Of a stretch of 50,827 nt of DNA, positions 48,724 to 50,827 are shown in pieces. Under the pieces are notes generated by a model. That model saw nothing but the letters and a program-made list of their open reading frames with translations, was not told the origin of the DNA and did not search any database. The translations under genes and the position numbers were made by a program. This DNA comes from Hyphochytrium catenoides (Eukaryota > Protista > Hyphochytriomycota), in contig FLMG01000167.1 in assembly GCA_900088475.1 (NCBI GenBank), positions 1-50,827 of the forward strand. The letters run 5' to 3'. The first letter of the stretch is position 1. Every line of letters starts with the position of its first letter.

Positions 48724-50551
48724 ATGTGTCAAACGGATTGTCCTCTTCGTATTACTCACCGGCTTCGCCTCCGCAGCGGCGCGTATCTCTTCCAACTTGA
48801 TGCGCCTTCAGGACTTATTTGTCAGCGAAGTAGAGCTCGCTGGCCAGGAAGAAGGAGGGGAGAGAAGACCTAGCCTAGGAGAGAGGCCCTCTTGGATGCG
48901 TCTCCTGTTGTCGACAACCGAGAATTGGCTACAGCTGCTTCCTAAGGTAGGGACCTCGTCGAGTAGCTTTGGTACATCGGGCTCGAAGTACGTGCTAGAG
49001 AGAGAAATGAAAGAGAGAAGCGGGAGAGGAGAAGAGAGGGAAGCAATTATGTGGAAAGAGAAGCATCGTCAAGAAAGAGACACCTGCAGCCCGACAGAGG
49101 AGTCACCGCTACTCCTCTCTCTCTTCTCATCTCTCGCAAAATTGCAGGAAGTCCACGCTCCAACACGCAGTGCCGAAGTTATCACTAATCCCATCTTCCG
49201 CTGCCTGGAGCGAGAGGCTCTGGTGGGGAGAGAACTGCTATCTGAGGTCCGTGGGCACTTGGAAAACGTGAGAGGCGTGTGTGAGGGAAGCCTAAAGCCT
49301 ACGAACGTCATCAGGGATATTATGGACTGCCTCGTGAAAGGTAAGCCCCAGATGGAGAGAGAGAGAGTAGAGAAAGAGAGTAGGAGGGAGAGAAAGAGGA
49401 GAGAGAGAGGAAGAAGGTGAGAGAGAGCCAAAAAGCAGGCATAAAGCGGGAGGATGAAGAAAACTAAAAGAAAGAGTGGGCCAGCTAGGAGGAAAGATAA
49501 AGTCTTGCTCTTCGACTCCTTCTCCTTTGCTCGCATGAACTCTTTCTGTATGGTCTCTTTACATGTCTTTCTCTTTTCACTTGCAAACGGTAACATTCTC
49601 TCTCCAAATCATCGATCAGTCAACATTTCTTAGTGCTGCCTCTAGGTGCATAGATCTTTGACCTCTCTCTCTTGTTAGGCCTCGTGCCAGATGTATGGCG
49701 GGGACATTACAAGGTGGCCAGTGTCTCCGCAGCCGTTTGGTTCGGAGACTTCATTCGCCGCCTCAAACAGCTGAACTCTCTCCTTCAAGGAGATGTAAAG
49801 ACAATTGGAAGGAGAAAGACAGACGGAGAGGGAGAGCCCATCTGGCTGGGAGGACTCTTCTTCCCAGAGTCGTTCCTTACGGCGACTAGACAGGCAGTCG
49901 CTCAGTCCGCAGGCACTTCTTTAGAGTCTTTCTCTCTCACCTTGGAGTTTAGTGCAAGAGAGAGAGATGAAGAGAGACAGAACCAGTTTCTCATCTCAGG
50001 TGCGGCCTATCTTTTACTCTTTCTCTGGGACTTCGGCGCGTCAGCGTCTTCAAAACTTCCCACTTTCCCCGGTTTACTTCGGCCTCTTTCTCTTATGTAC
50101 ACCTTTGTGTGTTCCACATCTGTTCTGTCATATTTGCCTGCCATTCGGCACGTGGTTCAATTTGTCTCTCCCTTTCTCTCTTTATCGTGGCTCTCTGGCC
50201 CTTGTTTCTCTCTCTCTTTCTCACCCACACACTCTGCTCCTCACTTCCCCAGGCATCCAGCTAGAAGGCGCCGTGGTGGAAGGTGGGCAGCTTGTTCTCT
50301 CCGACCAGCTTCGAGTGAGTCTTCCTCCTCTTCAGCTCGTCTGGGTCGACGCTTCCTCAGACGGCAGTAAAGGAGAGAGAAGACACCGCCAGCTTCTCCC
50401 TGTTTATCTCAACGAGACTCGCTCTGATATCCTCTGTGAGGTGGAAGTCCCAGTCATGGAAGGAGTTCCTTCTCACGTTTGGAGTCAGAGAGGAGTTGCT
50501 CTTCTCGTGTGGGAGCAACTCTCCTCTTTGGAGACAGAAGAGAATAAATAG
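22331..50551 (+). CDS. DYNC1H1: Cytoplasmic dynein-1 heavy chain, ~68 exons, all traced introns GT-AG
   Basis: Tail motifs typical of cytoplasmic dynein-1: [77 protein letters not shown]. Linker: [40 protein letters not shown]. Four P-loops: GPAGTGKT (~35798), GPSGTGKS (~37212), GPPGSGKT (~38265), GESGAGKT (~40046). Also the stalk/MTBD ([11 protein letters not shown]), AAA5 (RYPLIIDPS), AAA6 ([11 protein letters not shown]) and C-sequence ([18 protein letters not shown]). Stop TAG at 50549-50551. The first exon (22331-22377) is less certain, and part of AAA2 is lost in the gap at 37433-37466. Confidence 0.97.
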
Positions 50552-50795
50552 TCGGCTATTCTACAGAAGAGCTCTAAGTGCAGGCCTCGTGATGGATGGC
50601 TCCCTCTCTTTCTCTCTCTTTCTCTCTCTCTCCAGGAAGAGGATTAGGTAGATTCACTCACATTGTAGGTAGGAAAGGCTCAGCGTTATATTAAATGACG
50701 AATGCGATAGGAAATGTAGGAGAGTGCGTTAAATGCTCTTCCTGGATCATCTCATTTGCCCAGACAGCAACGCCAAAAACCAGACTCCTGATCCA

Positions 50796-50799
<4 letters not shown>

Positions 50800-50827
<28 letters not shown>
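50800..50827. repeat. (CT)n microsatellite at the window end
   Basis: Pure CT run extending to the end of the window. Confidence 0.95.

Noticed and set aside
50427-50435. ATATCCTCT in the last dynein exon
   Set aside because: It encodes DIL in the [16 protein letters not shown]-terminal motif, and no downstream CCTTAAC-AC was seen.
1-50827. Alternative genetic code, CRISPR array, tRNA/rRNA, transposase or reverse transcriptase
   Set aside because: All traced exons translate with the standard code and end in normal stops. No spacer-repeat array, RNA-gene signature or mobile-element protein motif was recognised by eye.

Overview
Intron-rich eukaryotic nuclear DNA with abundant (CT)n/(GA)n microsatellites and five N-gaps. 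It is probably from a stramenopile-like protist; this is an inference from the gene content and was not tested. I traced the exon-intron structure by hand and found five genes. (1) The 3' part of BMS1, the ribosome-biogenesis GTPase (+, <1-6818). (2) A class I HDAC8/Hos1-like deacetylase with a long N-terminal extension (-, 7167-10562). (3) An intronless ankyrin-repeat gene broken by a 1-nt frameshift (+, ~11043-13044). (4) Exocyst subunit Sec10/EXOC5 (+, 14340-20174). (5) A cytoplasmic dynein-1 heavy chain of ~68 exons (+, 22331-50551). The main finding is in Sec10, which carries two AT-AC introns (18472-18654 and 19850-20084). Each has an ATATCCT donor, a CCTTAAC branch site 10-11 nt before the end, and an AC terminus, the signature of U12-type minor-spliceosome introns. 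All of the other ~100 introns I traced are GT-AG. No RNA genes, CRISPR arrays or transposase/RT ORFs were recognised.
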